DNA of 64,000 bases. Source: Phyllosticta citribraziliensis (Eukaryota). The notes below the pieces were generated by a model. It was given only the letters and a program-made list of their open reading frames with translations, did not search any database and was not told the origin of the DNA. The stretch is taken from contig NW_027117350.1 of assembly GCF_038025025.1 (NCBI RefSeq), positions 806,001 through 870,000 on the forward strand, written 5' to 3'. This document shows, in pieces, positions 1-13,591 of the stretch (positions are counted from its first letter, which is position 1; each line of letters opens with the position of its first letter). Position numbers and translations under genes: made by a program.

Positions 1-655
1 CATTCGTCCGTCCGTCCGTGTATGCCATGATGCTTCGCTCGCTCGCTCCGTGATGCCGAAAACAGACAAGGAAATCAAGGAAAAGGCCGGGAAACAATGA
101 CCGGAGAATGCATGCTCGCTCGCTCGCGTGGAAAAAGGACGAAGGGGAGGAAGGGATGATGATGATGATGATGCGCGTACGAAAGACGGGAGGAAAACAA
201 GACAGACAGTCTATGAAAAGAGCCGAGCCAGCAGCGTCGCCGTTTTGGTGCGTCGTTGAGCTTGACCGCGCAAGCAGACGGCCACCACGAGGCGGAGGTG
301 CAGAGCTGGCTGCACTGCACTGCTGCTGGGTATGCTAGTGATGATGCTGATGATGCTGATAATGCTGATGGTAAAAATGATGCCGAAAATGACGCCCGAA
401 AGTGCTGCGACTGCACACTGTGGCGCAGAGCAATGCAAGGAAAGAGAAGACGCCCCAATCGGTGGCCACAATGGCGCTGCCATCGCGGTAATCGAGCAGG
501 CGACGGATCCACGGGATGCGACGCGGCGCTGCTGCTGTCGTCAAGAGCGGGCTGGCCGCTCGTCTGTCTGCCTGCCTGCGGGCAGACCGAATGTGATGTC
601 TGAACTCGAACCAGGGCAAGACAATGCTGTCTCAAGAACAAGGAGAAGACGTCAT

Positions 656-1733
656 CTACGCAGCGGCGGCGACGCTGTCGCTGCTGCCACCTCCGCCGCC
701 CGCGCATATGAAGGGCGCGTTTTCCTGCAGGTCCTGGACCAGGTCTTGCACGTTGCTCAGGTATTGGCCGAGCAACCTCTGCTTTTCCTCGGTGCTGCGC
801 GTCGCGCCGGGCAGAGGCTGCGCGTCATTGCTAGTCCGTCGGCGGTGCTCAGCACTCGTTGTTTTGCGGGGGCCCTTGGCGTTTGCGTTGGCAGTGGTCG
901 AAGAAGAATTGCTGCTACTGCCACTGCTGCTTCTGACGTCGCCGACTGGCGCCTCAGGCATGAGATAAAAGTACAGAAACTCCATGATCTTGAGCTTGAG
1001 GGCGTTGGGAGTGCCGCGCGCCTTGAACAGCGAGGTGATGTTTTGCAGGCCGCCGGCCTTTTCAAAGGTGCGCGTGTTGGCCGGATGCGAGAGGAGCGCC
1101 GTGACGAGGACCAAGAGGGTGCGCGACTGCACCTTGTGGCATTCTTGGTAGTCGAGGAGGTCGAGGAGCAACTGTGTCACACGGATGGCTTGTCAGTTCC
1201 ATTGTTGCCGCAATGTCTCGGGTGGCGGCTTGCCGGGGCGATCAACGTACAGTCATGTAGATTTCTTGCTTGAATATGGAGCGCGACGGCGGGTGGAGAA
1301 GCAGGATGCCCTGCAGCAGATCCAGGGCCGCCACGACCAGGATGTTGTTTTGGCTGTCTGGGGTGGGTTCGCGGTTAGTCAGGGGGTCCATGGGGTTGCG
1401 AGCTTCGATGGGACTTACTCGACCTCATGCCGAGAAGGTGCTCCAAACAGGCAGTCAGCCTTGTGGCAACTGGCGGGGCGTTAGCTGGAGGCGTTTTGGT
1501 GGTTGGCACTGTGTATACGACGTACCGTTCCACTCGAAGCCTTCCTGCAGGCGGAAAAACTCTCGAAAGGCGGGATCATGATGCAGGGCCTTGAGGGGCT
1601 TTTGGCGGACGTGTTCGGCCCTGGACAGACAGATCTGGGCGAGGAGGCCCTCGATTTGGCGCAAGCCTTTGCGGATCTTGGCGACGTCGTTGGAGGTGAT
1701 GTTGTCGAAGGAGAGGTCGAGAAGCGCCTCCAT
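656..1733 (-). CDS. cdc14: Cell division control protein 14 (S. pombe Cdc14-type SIN component, not the phosphatase); spliced
   Basis: Exon translations MEALLDLSFDNITSNDVAKIRKGLRQIEGLLAQIC, DPAFREFFRLQEGFEWN, LKLKIMEFLYFYLMPE and RSTEEKQRLLGQYLSNVQDLVQDL resemble the fungal CDC14 (SIN) family. ATG at 1733, TAG at 656-658, short introns between the ORF pieces. Confidence 0.8.
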
Positions 1734-3428
1734 GATGGGGGGAGGGACCGAGTCGGGAGTCGTCGAGGCAGCAGAAGCAAGTTGCAACTCGAGGCGCCAA
1801 CGGTAGGTAAATAATGGCTTGTGTTTAAAGGGTTGGCTGGGAGGAGGGCTTTGTGAGACCTGAGGTACAGGCGCGCAGAAGCCTGGTTCCTGGGCTGGCA
1901 CCCTTGCAGGTTTTGGGCTGTGGAGGTGGGAACTGCTGCAGTCTTCAGCTGCACTGGGGGAATGACTGGGTTGTCTGCCTCTAGCGTTCCGTGTACGGCT
2001 GCCCGGGCACATGCAGGCAGTGGACGGCGATGATGGATGGTGGGTGGCTGACGGGTGTTCTATTGTTGGCAGGGGGACACGGCAGCGGCTAGAAGTACTG
2101 CGAGAGAGTAGCCTCGACGACAACACCATGACCGACTCTTCTCTCATTCTCCATCCTCATGTCCATTCTTTCGACTTCGCGCTCCGTCTTCTCCTGAAGG
2201 TCGCGCTGCGTGTCGGCGGAGTCTCGACTGACGGTCGTGATGTGTTTCCCGCGCGGCCCCAATCACAGCCCGCCATGGCAGCCGCCAGCCCAACAACGAG
2301 CCACCTCCCGCCCTCTGCGCTGCGATTGTCGAGATCGACGCCCTCTTCACCAACCCACCCACGTGTCGACTCCTCTATTCTACAGCAATCTACATACGTG
2401 CCGGTTGCCCTAGTCTGGCGTTCCTTTGCAATCCTCGTCCTCTGGCTGGCCGGCCCGCACCGCGTCTGCTGCCTTGCGTGCAGGCTGGTCCATCATCATC
2501 AACATCACCATCACCACCCGTAAATCCTTGCGGCAGTGCATTCACGCCTCTCAACCCTCGCAACATGGCGCCTCTTGCATTCACGCACCGCTGCCGTCAT
2601 CAGAATCCACATGTTCGGCTGCAAACCCAAACCCAGCCGCTGCCCGGACGAATCATAGCGCCTGTCGATGCCTCAGCCAGCAGGGCACATCCCAGAAGGT
2701 CGACAGCCTCGCCTCGCACTTTCAGCCTCTCTCATCGCCCCAACGAACCCAATCACAGCCATCATCCAACCATTCAACCTCTCTGTCGCTGCCTTGATTT
2801 TCTCCTGACCCACCGCCTGCTGCAATCATGGATGGCCCAAGTCGCGTGATGCCTCGTCTTCATTTCATTCCTCCTCTAGCCGAGCCGCGGCGCAGGTCCA
2901 TCAACAAGTCGGCGCCAGACGCGCCAATCACTGGTGCCAAATCGACCATCAGAAACAGGCTTCGCGTGCCGATTCGACGTGGCCGCGGGAGCCGCCCATG
3001 CCATTGGACTGCCTTGGGCCGAGACAATGGTAGCCACCACAAGTGTACCTTTTTCAAGACCATTATGCCTGCCGCAAAGAGGTGGGGATTGTCGTGGAAG
3101 AGGGGAAGAGGAACATGGCCCGGCCGGCCCCCACAGCTGCCGACCAGTTTGACGATCTACGTCCACAACCGTCGTCATCCGCCATGGATTGGATCCCCGC
3201 CGCCCGCAGATAGCCAGGGCCTTGCGATCCTTCACCCACTGCCCTGGTTTGCGGACTCGTCCGTCTAAAAACAGCAGCAGCTTTGCTGACTATTTCTGAC
3301 TCTGTCAACCCCATTTTCACACTCACTGGTGGCGCATAGCCACCGAAATCTCTCGCATCTTCATTTGTAGAGAGGAGATACTCTTACCTGATTCTTCTCT
3401 TTAGTCTCCCACGTAACCGCTCTTTCGG

Positions 3429-4957
3429 CTATAACGGCACCTCGACCTGCGATAGCACGTCGTCAATGACGTCTTCGACAACGACGCCTTCTAGCACCTG
3501 CCGCACGGCTTCAATGTCGCTCCCCCACTGCAAGCTGCGCTCATTTTCGGGCGTCGTCAAGATGATGCGGTGCGGGTAGATTTTGCGCGCCGCCAGCGCC
3601 ACAAGCGACGGCGTGACGAAATCGAGTCCATGTAGCGGGGCCAGGGCGCTACTGCGTGTTAGCCAGGGGTGCCATCACCGTCAAGACTGGCTTGATTGGT
3701 CGTTTGACGGCCATGTTTCGATTCGCCCGCCTTTGTACATACCGGACAAGCAGGTCAAAGTGGCGCGTCGCCTGCGGTGACACGCCGCCAGCGACGGCCC
3801 GGTGCAGACGCATGAAGACGACTATGTTTTGCAGGTATGCCCGCACCTCGGAGCTGAGGCGAATATGCGGGATACGCTTCGTCAGGGACGAGATTTCCTG
3901 CACCCAGACAGATCAGCATGCTACGCATCATGTGATTCGTCTCTGTTTGTTGCTAGCTCACGTCTTGGCCAAAGGTTGGTGTTTTGCGGCCCACTCTAGA
4001 CGTCGATGGACGCACGACTGATGAGAGAGATGCGGCATCAAAGTCGTCGCCATTATCGACGGAGCCAAATTCGTCTAGGTTTGGCAGGCCATCTTCTGGC
4101 TGGTGGTAATGGGAAATGAAGATTTGGTCTCGCTGAGCACAGTTAGTTTCAGGAGCTGCAAAGCGCAGTGCGTGGCTCAGTACCAAGTGGACGTCCAATT
4201 CGTCAGTCGAGTCAGGTGCTAACAGAACAATGAAGACGAAGCGCTTTGGGGCGGCATGGACGGCATTGCGGGTGTAGATGCGTTTGTTCCTAATTAGCTA
4301 CAGGCAGAAGTTAGAGCTTCGTGTTGGAGGTGTAATCGGAGCAGTCTAAAGCATGTACCTCTAGCGCCTGGATGTGGACCTGGCTGCGTGATTGGTTCAA
4401 GTTTTTGGCAATGACAACGTTGGCAATGGACTTGTTGGCCTCGAGCGGCGACTTGGGGCTCAAGAGGGCCCGACTGTTCGGACGGTAGGCCGGGCTCACG
4501 GGGCCAGCGTCGTCCTGACAATGGAGGAGCAGTGAGACAAAGGGTTCGGCCAAGGCTGAACGTTATGGGGGAGCCGGGAGGTAAGCTTACGCGAGGATGC
4601 GGGCGAGGGGGCACGTGGGGAGAAAAGTAGGATTCGTCGTGGGCGGTGTTGTTGTCAGGGACGAGCAGGTCGTTGCCGAAATGGTCGACGGTGGTTTTGT
4701 CGGAGCAGTCCAGGACGACGCTGGACAGGCCAAAGACGCCGGCCGTCAACTGCGCGCAGGCATAAGCGTCCTCTCTGGCGCCTGGTGCGGATGCTGCGTA
4801 AACCAAAACTCACCACCTGCAGCTCGCGAGCCACGGCGTCGAGCTGCGACGGGTCGGCCTCGACGATGCAGTGCTGCTCGGCGACCAGGCAGAGCAGCGC
4901 CGCCAGCTCGAGGTTGCTGAGAGCGTGGACCTTGTCGGCGGCGTCATGGTCCATCAT
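3429..4957 (-). CDS. Conserved fungal protein with Mg-chelatase ChlI/MoxR-like AAA lid region (Mtc2-like); multi-exon
   Basis: Pieces LSNLELAALLCLVAEQHCIV, NVVIAKNLN..QVHIQALE and EVRAYLQNIVVFMRLHRAVAGGVSPQAT; C-terminus LSQVEVPL* with stop at 3429-3431. Family assignment is from recall. Confidence 0.6.
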
Positions 4958-5686
4958 GATAATGTGTCAGTCGCAACGAAGGCCGCCGCGCTGGCTTGAT
5001 GCAGTGGGTGAGGTGCTGCAGGTGAGGTGCAGGTGAGGGAGCCGGGCGAGGGACCCCACGTGATGTTGACGCCGCGCCGGTCGGCCGGTCGATTGTCAAA
5101 ACTTGACAGAGAGATGACTTCGACAGCGCCACCTCTTTGCCAGTTCTCCTCTCTGCTTGTGGCCGTCTTGCAATCCCGTCCAGGTCGGGGGTGGTGCCCA
5201 AGACGTGACGTGCGTCTGTTCGCCGCAAACGCTCCTCCTTGCACCGCAACCTAACCACCGGTTTCCACCACCACCACTACCACCACCAGCCGAACACCAC
5301 CAACATCGCTACCGCTTCCCATTCTGCTCCGCCGGGCCGCTCCTGCTCGCGACCATCGTCAGGTCAGCCGGAGCCCTCACTCCCCCTCGCTGCTCCTGGC
5401 GCCCTCCCCTGGGCTCGACCCGCCGCGACTCGACTTTGACCCTCTACGTCTTCTTGTCGTCCTGTGTCGCTAGGCGTTTTGTCCCGGCCACAGATCCCTG
5501 TTGTCCGTGTCACTTGGGCCCATCCTGGCACCGCCGCAACCAAGGCGCTGTCGCCTTCGCCTCCACCGCCGACAAGCGCTGAACTGAGCGAGCGAGCGAC
5601 GACATTTCCGCCAGAGAAAAGAGGCCTCGACTCTCCTCGAGCACCCTCACTCCTCACGCCCCTCACTCAGCCTTGTCCGGCAGATC

Positions 5687-7592
5687 ATGTTCACAACGCC
5701 TGCGCCCTCGGCACCCACGCTGTCCACCACGACTTCCTCCGCCCAGCCCACCTCTCCCTCTCGCTCTGGCAGGCTTCGTGGGCTGAGCTATCTGCGGAGC
5801 TACACACACAACCACCTCCATTCCCATTCGAGCGATCGCTCTTCGAGCGGGCCCGCCGCCTCTATCCGCCGCCCATCCCTTCACAGATCCAGGTCGCAGT
5901 CCAGCCCCAACTCGGCTCGCAACGCAAGAAATCACGCCGCGACTTCGAGCGACCCCTCGCCCCAGCTTGACCTGGCCTCGTCACGAAGCAACAACAATCA
6001 CGGCGCTTCCGCTGGTTGGGTCCCTACAGTCGTCGGTCGAAGTGGTTTATCGCGCGTCGCTTCTTCTGCCGAACCCTCGACCACCTCTGCCACTTCCCCG
6101 CGGCCCGCATCAATGACTCGCAATCGAGCAGAATCCGCCGCACCCGCCCTGGGTGCAGCCAGCAATGGTGCTGTGGGAGACGCTGCTACTCCGACAAAGC
6201 AGCTGCCTTCGATTCGTTTCATACCCCATGACGATCCCCGCGCTACTCGGCCGAGTCTCCAGTTTCCTGTCATCTCGAGGACCTTGCTCAATGAAGACAG
6301 CGTCATCCGGGTCGGTAGGTACTCGGAGAAGGACTCCATACCGACTGACGTGCCCGCCAACATTCCTTCGGCCGCCCCCGTGGGCTTCAAGTCCAAAGTC
6401 GTTTCGAGGCGCCACTGCGAGTTTTGGTGCAAGGACGGACAATGGTGGATCAAGGACGTCAAGTCGAGCTCTGGCACGTTTCTGAACCACATCAGGTTGT
6501 CTCAGCCTGGCGTCGAGAGCAAACCGTTCAAGGTCGGGGATGGGGACGTGGTTCAGCTTGGTATTGATTTTAGAGGGGGTGAGGAGATGATTTTTCGCTG
6601 CGTCAAGATCAGGATCGAGTGCAACCGCAACTGGCAAAAGTCCCTGAACAACTTCAAGTAAGTGCATTGATTTTGTCGTGTGAGACAATGCTGACAAAAT
6701 TAGCAAATCCACCCACAAAACCCTCAGGAGGTTAGCCCAGGGCACAGGAAAAGTCAAGGACTCGGACACCGCTAGCGTGCACAGCACCGATTGCAGCATC
6801 TGTCTCATGTCGATTCGCCCTTGCCAGGCTCTCTTCGTCGCTCCGTGCTCGCATGTTTGGCATTACAAGTGCATCTCGAGAGTCATCAACGGCCCTAGCT
6901 ACCCCCAGTTCATGTGTCCCAATTGCCGGATGGTGAATGACTTGGATGCGGACGTCAGCGAGCCCGAGGATTTCGATGACGAATTGGACGAAAGCCTGGA
7001 CGAGGTGTTGGCAAAGACAAGGATTACAACCACGAATGGACTGGGAATCGAAGAGGAGGTTGAGGGGACTGCAACGCCTCGTCCAAGTGGCGTCACTCAA
7101 AATCATGTGGTAGAAGCCGCTATGAGTGGGGCTGTGCCAGTCTCTACCTCTGAAGACGATGATATTTCGCTAGCGCTTGAAAGAGTCGGTCTTGCTGGTG
7201 AGGAATCAGGGCCATCATCTGATCCAGATCAAGCATCAGATGGAGGCGTTCAGACTCCTCCGGACGAAGATTCTCAGGACGACACTGCTGGCTCATCTTC
7301 TGCCACGTCGGGGCCGATCCCCATCGCAACGCCAGGCAACGGCGCTTCCGGGGCTACGCCTTTCGGGTCAAGCACGATCCTCAACACACCGAATCCGAGG
7401 ACGCAATATGCACTTACGCCAACTCCAGCCGCCTCGACAGGTTTGGACTGCCCCATGACTCCAAGGAATGACGCTGGACCGTTTGTGCTCGACGGAAGTG
7501 GAACCAGGAATTCCAACCGAAGATCCAGCATGGACGAGGCGGCAGAGGTTCTCGAACGCGGCGCCGATGAAAACGCAGGCGTTGGCAATTGA
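5687..7592 (+). CDS. dma1: FHA-RING E3 ubiquitin ligase Dma1/Dma2 (Chf)
   Basis: FHA motifs RVGRYSE, FKSKVVSRRH, IKDVKSSSGTFLNH. RING CSICL..APCSHVWHYKC..CPNCR. Intron about 6658-6703 (GTAAGT..CTGAC..TAG). Confidence 0.93.
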
Positions 7593-8293
7593 AAAAAACA
7601 GGCACACACGATCGATACCTCCATCTGCAGATTTTTTGGAAATAGGCGAGCATGGCGTTTACGGCTGATATCACGGGCGGCAGCGTTGTCGTGGCGGCGG
7701 AGGACAGCATATGACCACAACTCTCCTTCCGCTGTTCGCCTTTACCCGGTCTCTTTTCATCTTTCCTTTTCTCGCTACTAGCCTGTTCTCCCCTAGCATG
7801 TGGACCGTAGTGGCCAACTTCGATATCTCGGTGACGCTGGCGCAATATCTTTTCTTTTTTCTTGTTTTCCTAGCGGAGCAAGGCAACGCCCCACGCGCTG
7901 GCCCAACGCAGGCCATCCGGTGTGGCTGTACTACTTGCGTGCAATCATTAGGCTTGCACGAGATAGAAAATCTATGAGCTCATGTTCTCCGCAGGTTTGG
8001 TAATTTGAGAGTAGTTGGTGTTTGAGGCTGTAGCCGACGCGAAATAACGGCTGCCTGCTAAGTACACGCAGTTGTTGCAAACTTCGTACTTGACCTTTGT
8101 CATATGAAACCCCAGAGCTACCCATACCAAACCCTGGTGTTCCAAAGGGCAAGTTTTGCGCGCCCTGGGCCCTTGCCGAGCGTGTACCAGGGCTCGGGCT
8201 TACATAACGTCATCCGGATGGGACCGAGCGTCGAGAAATCGCCATGCAGGTCCACGGCCGACCTTCACACCACAATCCACCACAGAATCTACC

Positions 8294-10083
8294 ATGCTCC
8301 GCTCAGCCCCGTCAAGACTCCAATCGCGGGCACTCACACGGTTCGCGACCCCACGGACAGCGTCAAAAACATGCGCCGCCCAGCGCTTCGCCTCGGTCAA
8401 AGCGGAGGAGAAGGTTGGTCTAGAGCTTGCCATGACAGATTCCACCAGCACCTTGTTGACGCGCTGTAGGACCCCGCTGAGCTAGACCAAATAACCACAC
8501 TCCCGAATGGCATCCGCGTCGCCACCGAAGCGCTTCCCGGTCACTTTTCCGGCATTGGTGTCTACGTCGACGCCGGTTCGCGGTACGAGACTCCCGAACT
8601 GCGCGGCGTGTCCCACATAATCGACCGGCTGGCGTTCAAATCGACCAAGAACAGGTCGTCGGACCAAATGCTGGAGACTCTCGAGTCGCTGGGAGGCAAC
8701 ATTTCCTGTGCGTCGAGCAGGGAGTCGCTCATGTACCAGTCGGCCACATTCAACAGCAGAGTGGAGGATTGCGTGAGCCTCTTTGCGGACACGATTCGCG
8801 ACCCCCTCATTACCGACGAGGAGGTGGAACAGCAGCTGGAGACGGCGGCCTACGAGATTAGTGAGATTTGGAGCAAACCAGAGCTCATTCTGCCGGAGCT
8901 GGTCCACATGGCCGCGTACAAGGACAACACGCTGGGGAATCCACTCTTGTGCCCGCAGGACCGCCTGGGTGAGATAAATGGCGCAACGGTGCAAGCGTAT
9001 CGCAGGGCATTCTACCGGCCAGAGAGGATGGTTGTGGCATACGCTGGAGTCAACCACCAAGAGGCCGTCAAGCTTACCGAGCAGTACTTTGGCGACATGA
9101 AGGGCGAACCCATACTCTCACAGACCGGCTCAGAGGCAACATTAAACGCTGATGCCGCAGCGCAACCCGAAGCTGCCACCTCGAATGTACCATACAGTGC
9201 GCCACAAGAACCCTCAAAGCTCCTCAACAAGATTCCTTTTCTCAAGAACCTCACCACAGCCGCCTCGGCGCGCTCTTCACCCGCAACCTCCCCCGACACT
9301 ATTTCCTTGCCCACATCCTCCGACCTCACTCGTCCCGCGCAATACACCGGCGGCTTCGTGTCCCTCCCGCTCCTCGAACCACCGCCAAACCTCGCTCTCC
9401 CCCGCCTCACGCACATCAACATCGCCTTTGAGACGCCTGGCATCTCTTCGCCAGACGTCTACGCGCTGGCGACGCTGCAAACGCTGCTCGGCGGCGGCGG
9501 CTCCTTCTCCGCCGGCGGCCCAGGCAAAGGCATGTACAGCCGGCTCTACACCAACGTCCTAAACCAATACGGCTGGGTCGAGTCGTGCGTGGCCTTCAAC
9601 CACGCGTACGGCGACAGCGGGCTCTTCGGCATCAGCGCAGCATGCGACCCGCGCTCCGCAACCAGCATGCTCGACGTCATGTGCCGCGAGCTGGCGACGC
9701 TGAGCGCGACTTCGGGCTACGCGGCCGTCAAGAGCTCGGAGGTGCAGCGCGCCAAGAACCAGCTCAAGAGCTCGCTGCTCATGAACCTCGAGAGCCGCAT
9801 GGTCGAGCTGGAGGACCTGGGCCGCCAGGTGCAGATGCACGGCCGCAAGGTCGGCGCGCGCGAAATGTGCGACCGCATCGACGCCGTCGACGTCGCCGAG
9901 GTCCGCCGCGTCGCGAAGCTCGTCTTTGGTGGTGCCGTGAGCAATCCGGGCAAGGGGAGTGGCGCGCCTACTGTCGTGCTGCAGGAGGGCCTGCTGGATG
10001 GCGAGACGGCCGAGGGCCGCAAGAATTTGGAGTGGGGCGAGATTCAGGAGAGGATTGCGCGGTGGAAGCTGGGGAGGCGGTAG
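8294..10083 (+). CDS. MAS2: Mitochondrial processing peptidase alpha subunit
   Basis: Arg-rich presequence MLRSAPSRLQSR; intron about 8414-8469; then DQITTLPNGIRVATE, degenerate M16 motif SHIIDRLAFKST and the alpha-specific Gly loop GGGGSFSAGGPGKGMYSRLY. Confidence 0.95.
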
Positions 10084-12279
10084 ACTTGCTGGAAGACTTG
10101 ATTTCTGGTGGCGCGAGCTGGTCTGCTGTCTGTTCTCCCTCTGTCTGTCTGGCGTGGTGTTAGTGTTGCTGTACTATAGGATGGTATGACAGAGGCAGGC
10201 AGAGGAACAGATGCAGGCACATGCACCATTCAATCACAAAACAGCAGGACTTGAAAAAAGAGAAGACTTCGGCGAAGTCGTCGTCAACATCCAGGCCCTT
10301 CCTTAGGGAGACCGAAGCGCAAACCCTCTCTCTCCTATCCTGCACCACTCCCCTTCAGCTCCTTTCCTATATAGACTCGCCCACTCACTCGACACCACCC
10401 TCTCCGCCTTCAACCAAACAAAACAAAATAAAACAAGTAAAAGCCGAAAAGCTCAAAAGCTTTCAATATTCCACTTCTGCTTCACCATATGACTGCTTCC
10501 TTTCAGCATAACTCTACTCTCGTGCTCCAGTGACAGATATTTCTTGATTTCATCTCTCGTTGTTCACGCGGCAAGGCTATCTCGCTTTGCTACAGATGTC
10601 TAGATATGATTCGATTTGACTGGAGTGAACTGGACATCACTAGCCAAGTCGCTCGTCAGATGGCCAGGCCAGTGTACGAAGCTCTGCGTCTGTGTGTTTG
10701 AGGCTCACTCGCTTGACCTGAGCTCATTCGCTTCTTGTCTTGCTTTTCAACTCCCTCATTGATTTGGAGAGAAGCGACGGCTCAGTGCAAGCATATGTGA
10801 GAGAATAAGAAAGAGGAGAGGAAGAAAAGGAATGGAGGGGGAGGGCGTGGAGGCTACGCTTCTACGCCCTATTGATTAATTGATTACTATATCTATACGC
10901 TGTTTCTCGGCTTACCTACCTACCCACCTACAACTTCACCTTCAATTGCCTATCTTACTATATCCACCCTCCTATGACTATCTACGTAGCCCATGTTTAG
11001 CTCGCGTTACGTAAGGGAAGTGTATACCAACAACCAATAAAACTAGTCATGGAAGGAGAAAGTGACACAGAACGGAAAGAGCCGCCGCTACGAGATTGAT
11101 ATACTCTATGCATCAAGTCTACAATTGTAAAGGAGAGGAAATGAATGGACTACTGGAAAGAAAGAACACTCTACTGCACTTTACCCACAACACCTCTCTT
11201 ACCCTACCGCCCACGTCGGCCTGTATTGGCATATTACTTTGCATCTGAGAGCCAGCAAGTCTCATCCATCGCTATACTTACATCCCATTCCCACCCATAT
11301 TCCCTTGTCCTTGCCTTGCCTTAGGCTATGGTATGTAGGTACATAGCTGTCGCTGCCCGTCTGAATCATAGGTATCAACACAGGTGATAGACAAGAGCCA
11401 AGAACAGGTAATCGATGCAACAACATCATGCGGCGCATGGCATACCACATCAGCAAGCCAAACACACATCCCATTTTCACCCTCCCGTACCCAAACCTAC
11501 CCTACCCTGCCCTACCTAGCCTATGATACAATGCCACTACTACATACCTAATCGCTGCCTAACCGCTGTCTACTACTACTGCTACAACAGCCGCTCAACT
11601 CCCACCGCCGCCGCCGCCGCCGCAGTCAATGCATAAACAAACGTCATTTTAGCCGAGAAAGAAGAAGAGGTACAAGAGCACACGAATACGCCGCCACCGC
11701 GGCGCGGCACGCTTACCAGACCAATCCAACAAGACGACGTTCGTTCCAGTCCGTCCATGTATCCATCCATTCGAGTCACCAGAGAGAGCATGCCAGGGTG
11801 GTAGGTACTCAGGTCGTTGACGGATTCAACCACAGGCGGCAGCATGCATGATTGTTTGCATCGTCGAGGCTGCTGCTTGCCTCCAGCTCATACGCGCATC
11901 GTCGGTGGTGCGTGAAGATGGGGATATCGGCACACACGTAGAAAAAAGGTAGAGAAGCTAGCTTACCCTTGTTGACGAAGGGGAGGGCCGTTTTGATACT
12001 TAAGCGAAGAAAGAAAAAGAAAAAGAGGGCGACGACGACGGAGGAAAATTAGGTAACCTTTTTTTGCAACAAACCCGTGCCCACAAGACAGGAAAGGACC
12101 TCACTCCACCATCCCCGGTGTGTGGCTGGCCCGTGGAGAGACGGAGAGGACGAGGACGGGAGGCCGCCCTACTTGATCGACAGCCCCCCCTTGATTTTAA
12201 GTATAGGTAGGCTCTTGTTTGGGCTTGTTTCGGTTTGGTTTGGTTGGTTGGTGGTTGGTTGAATGCGGTGGCTCTTCCT

Positions 12280-13591
12280 TTAGTAGCGGCGTTTGCTCCT
12301 CGAGTCGCCGTAGCTGTCGCCTCCTTCGTAGCCGCGCTTGCGAGGATAGTCGTCTCTGCTGTCCCTGCCATACCCACCATCGCGATCACGGTCACGGTAT
12401 CCGCCGTGTTCGCGTCTCGAGCCCACCGGCTCGCGGTTGCTGCCGCTAGCGCCGCGGTCTCTGTCTTCAAACCGACTGCCGCCGCCGTGTCCTCCGTCGC
12501 GGCCTCCATACCCACCAGAGCCAAATCCACCCGACCTTCCGCGAGGACCAGCAGGTGCGCCTTCGGGAGCGCCTCCGCCCCAGCCGTTGGACTGGTATCC
12601 ACCACGCTCTCCTCCTCCAGAGCGGCCGCCATAGCCACCACGGAATCCGCCTCGGTCGAATCCTCCCCGGTAGCCGCCACGACCACCACGCATGCCGCCG
12701 CCAAATCCACCTCTGCTGAAGCCACCCGGTCCAGCTGGCGGGCCGAAGCCTGGACCAGAAGGCCTTGCCGGCACGGCCTTGGTGTATCCACGTCCTCCGA
12801 GACCTCCTCCAAGGCGGCGCGGGCGCCAGCCGGACACGGTGCGGCCACGCTCAACGTCTACCAATACCTTGCGGTCTTTGATGCGAATTCCGTCGGTTTC
12901 CTTGTAGGCGGCTGTAAGGTTTGGTAAAGCAACTGGGTTAGTGATACAAAAGACCTTTACCTTGGGAAGCTGGGGAAAAACGGGGGGATGATTGAGGATG
13001 CTTTACCCTTCATGTCCTTCTCACGCTCATACACGATGAAGGCGTATCCGCGGTTCTTCTTCTTCTTGGGCGCGTCCTCGGGGGCGGTCGTGTCTTGGAC
13101 GAGGCGAATCTGCGACGCGTCAGAACACGATATGGAGGAGGTGCATTGTGCGTACCCTCTCAATGGGGCCAAAGCGTCCAAACTCCCTTTCCAGATCCTT
13201 GGGCTCGACGTCGTACGAAAGGCGCGCCACAAACAGCGTCCTAAAAGGGTCGCCCTTGACGTTTGGATCATCTACAGGTTTGACTGTAAAGGTTAGTCTA
13301 CGTCTCGAATCCAGAGGGCCATAAGGAAGACACACAGTTGGCAACGCCATCAGTCAGTGTCTTGGCCACCTTCTCCTTCTTCTCTTGCTTGAGGCGATCT
13401 TTGCGCTGGAGCCAGCTCTCGGTTGGAACGTAATGGTCGTCGTATTCCTTGAGCGCCTGCAGATATTGGCCCACGCCATCAATGTTTGCCGTCTTGCGTT
13501 GCTCAGGCGCATGATCGGACGGTGGCAGGTAGCGGAGCGGAGGGCGCGGCGCAAAGAGCGCGAGCAGGTTGGGGGGCAGCTTGTCCGTCAT
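12280..13591 (-). CDS. SNP1: U1 snRNP 70 kDa protein (U1-70K), three introns
   Basis: N-terminus [79 protein letters not shown] and RD-rich tail. Confidence 0.95.

Noticed and set aside
332..1273. Long antisense/overlapping ORFs (also 12000-12927, 18012-18824, 58810-59976)
   Set aside because: Shadow ORFs produced by GC3-biased codons of real genes on the opposite strand or in another frame.
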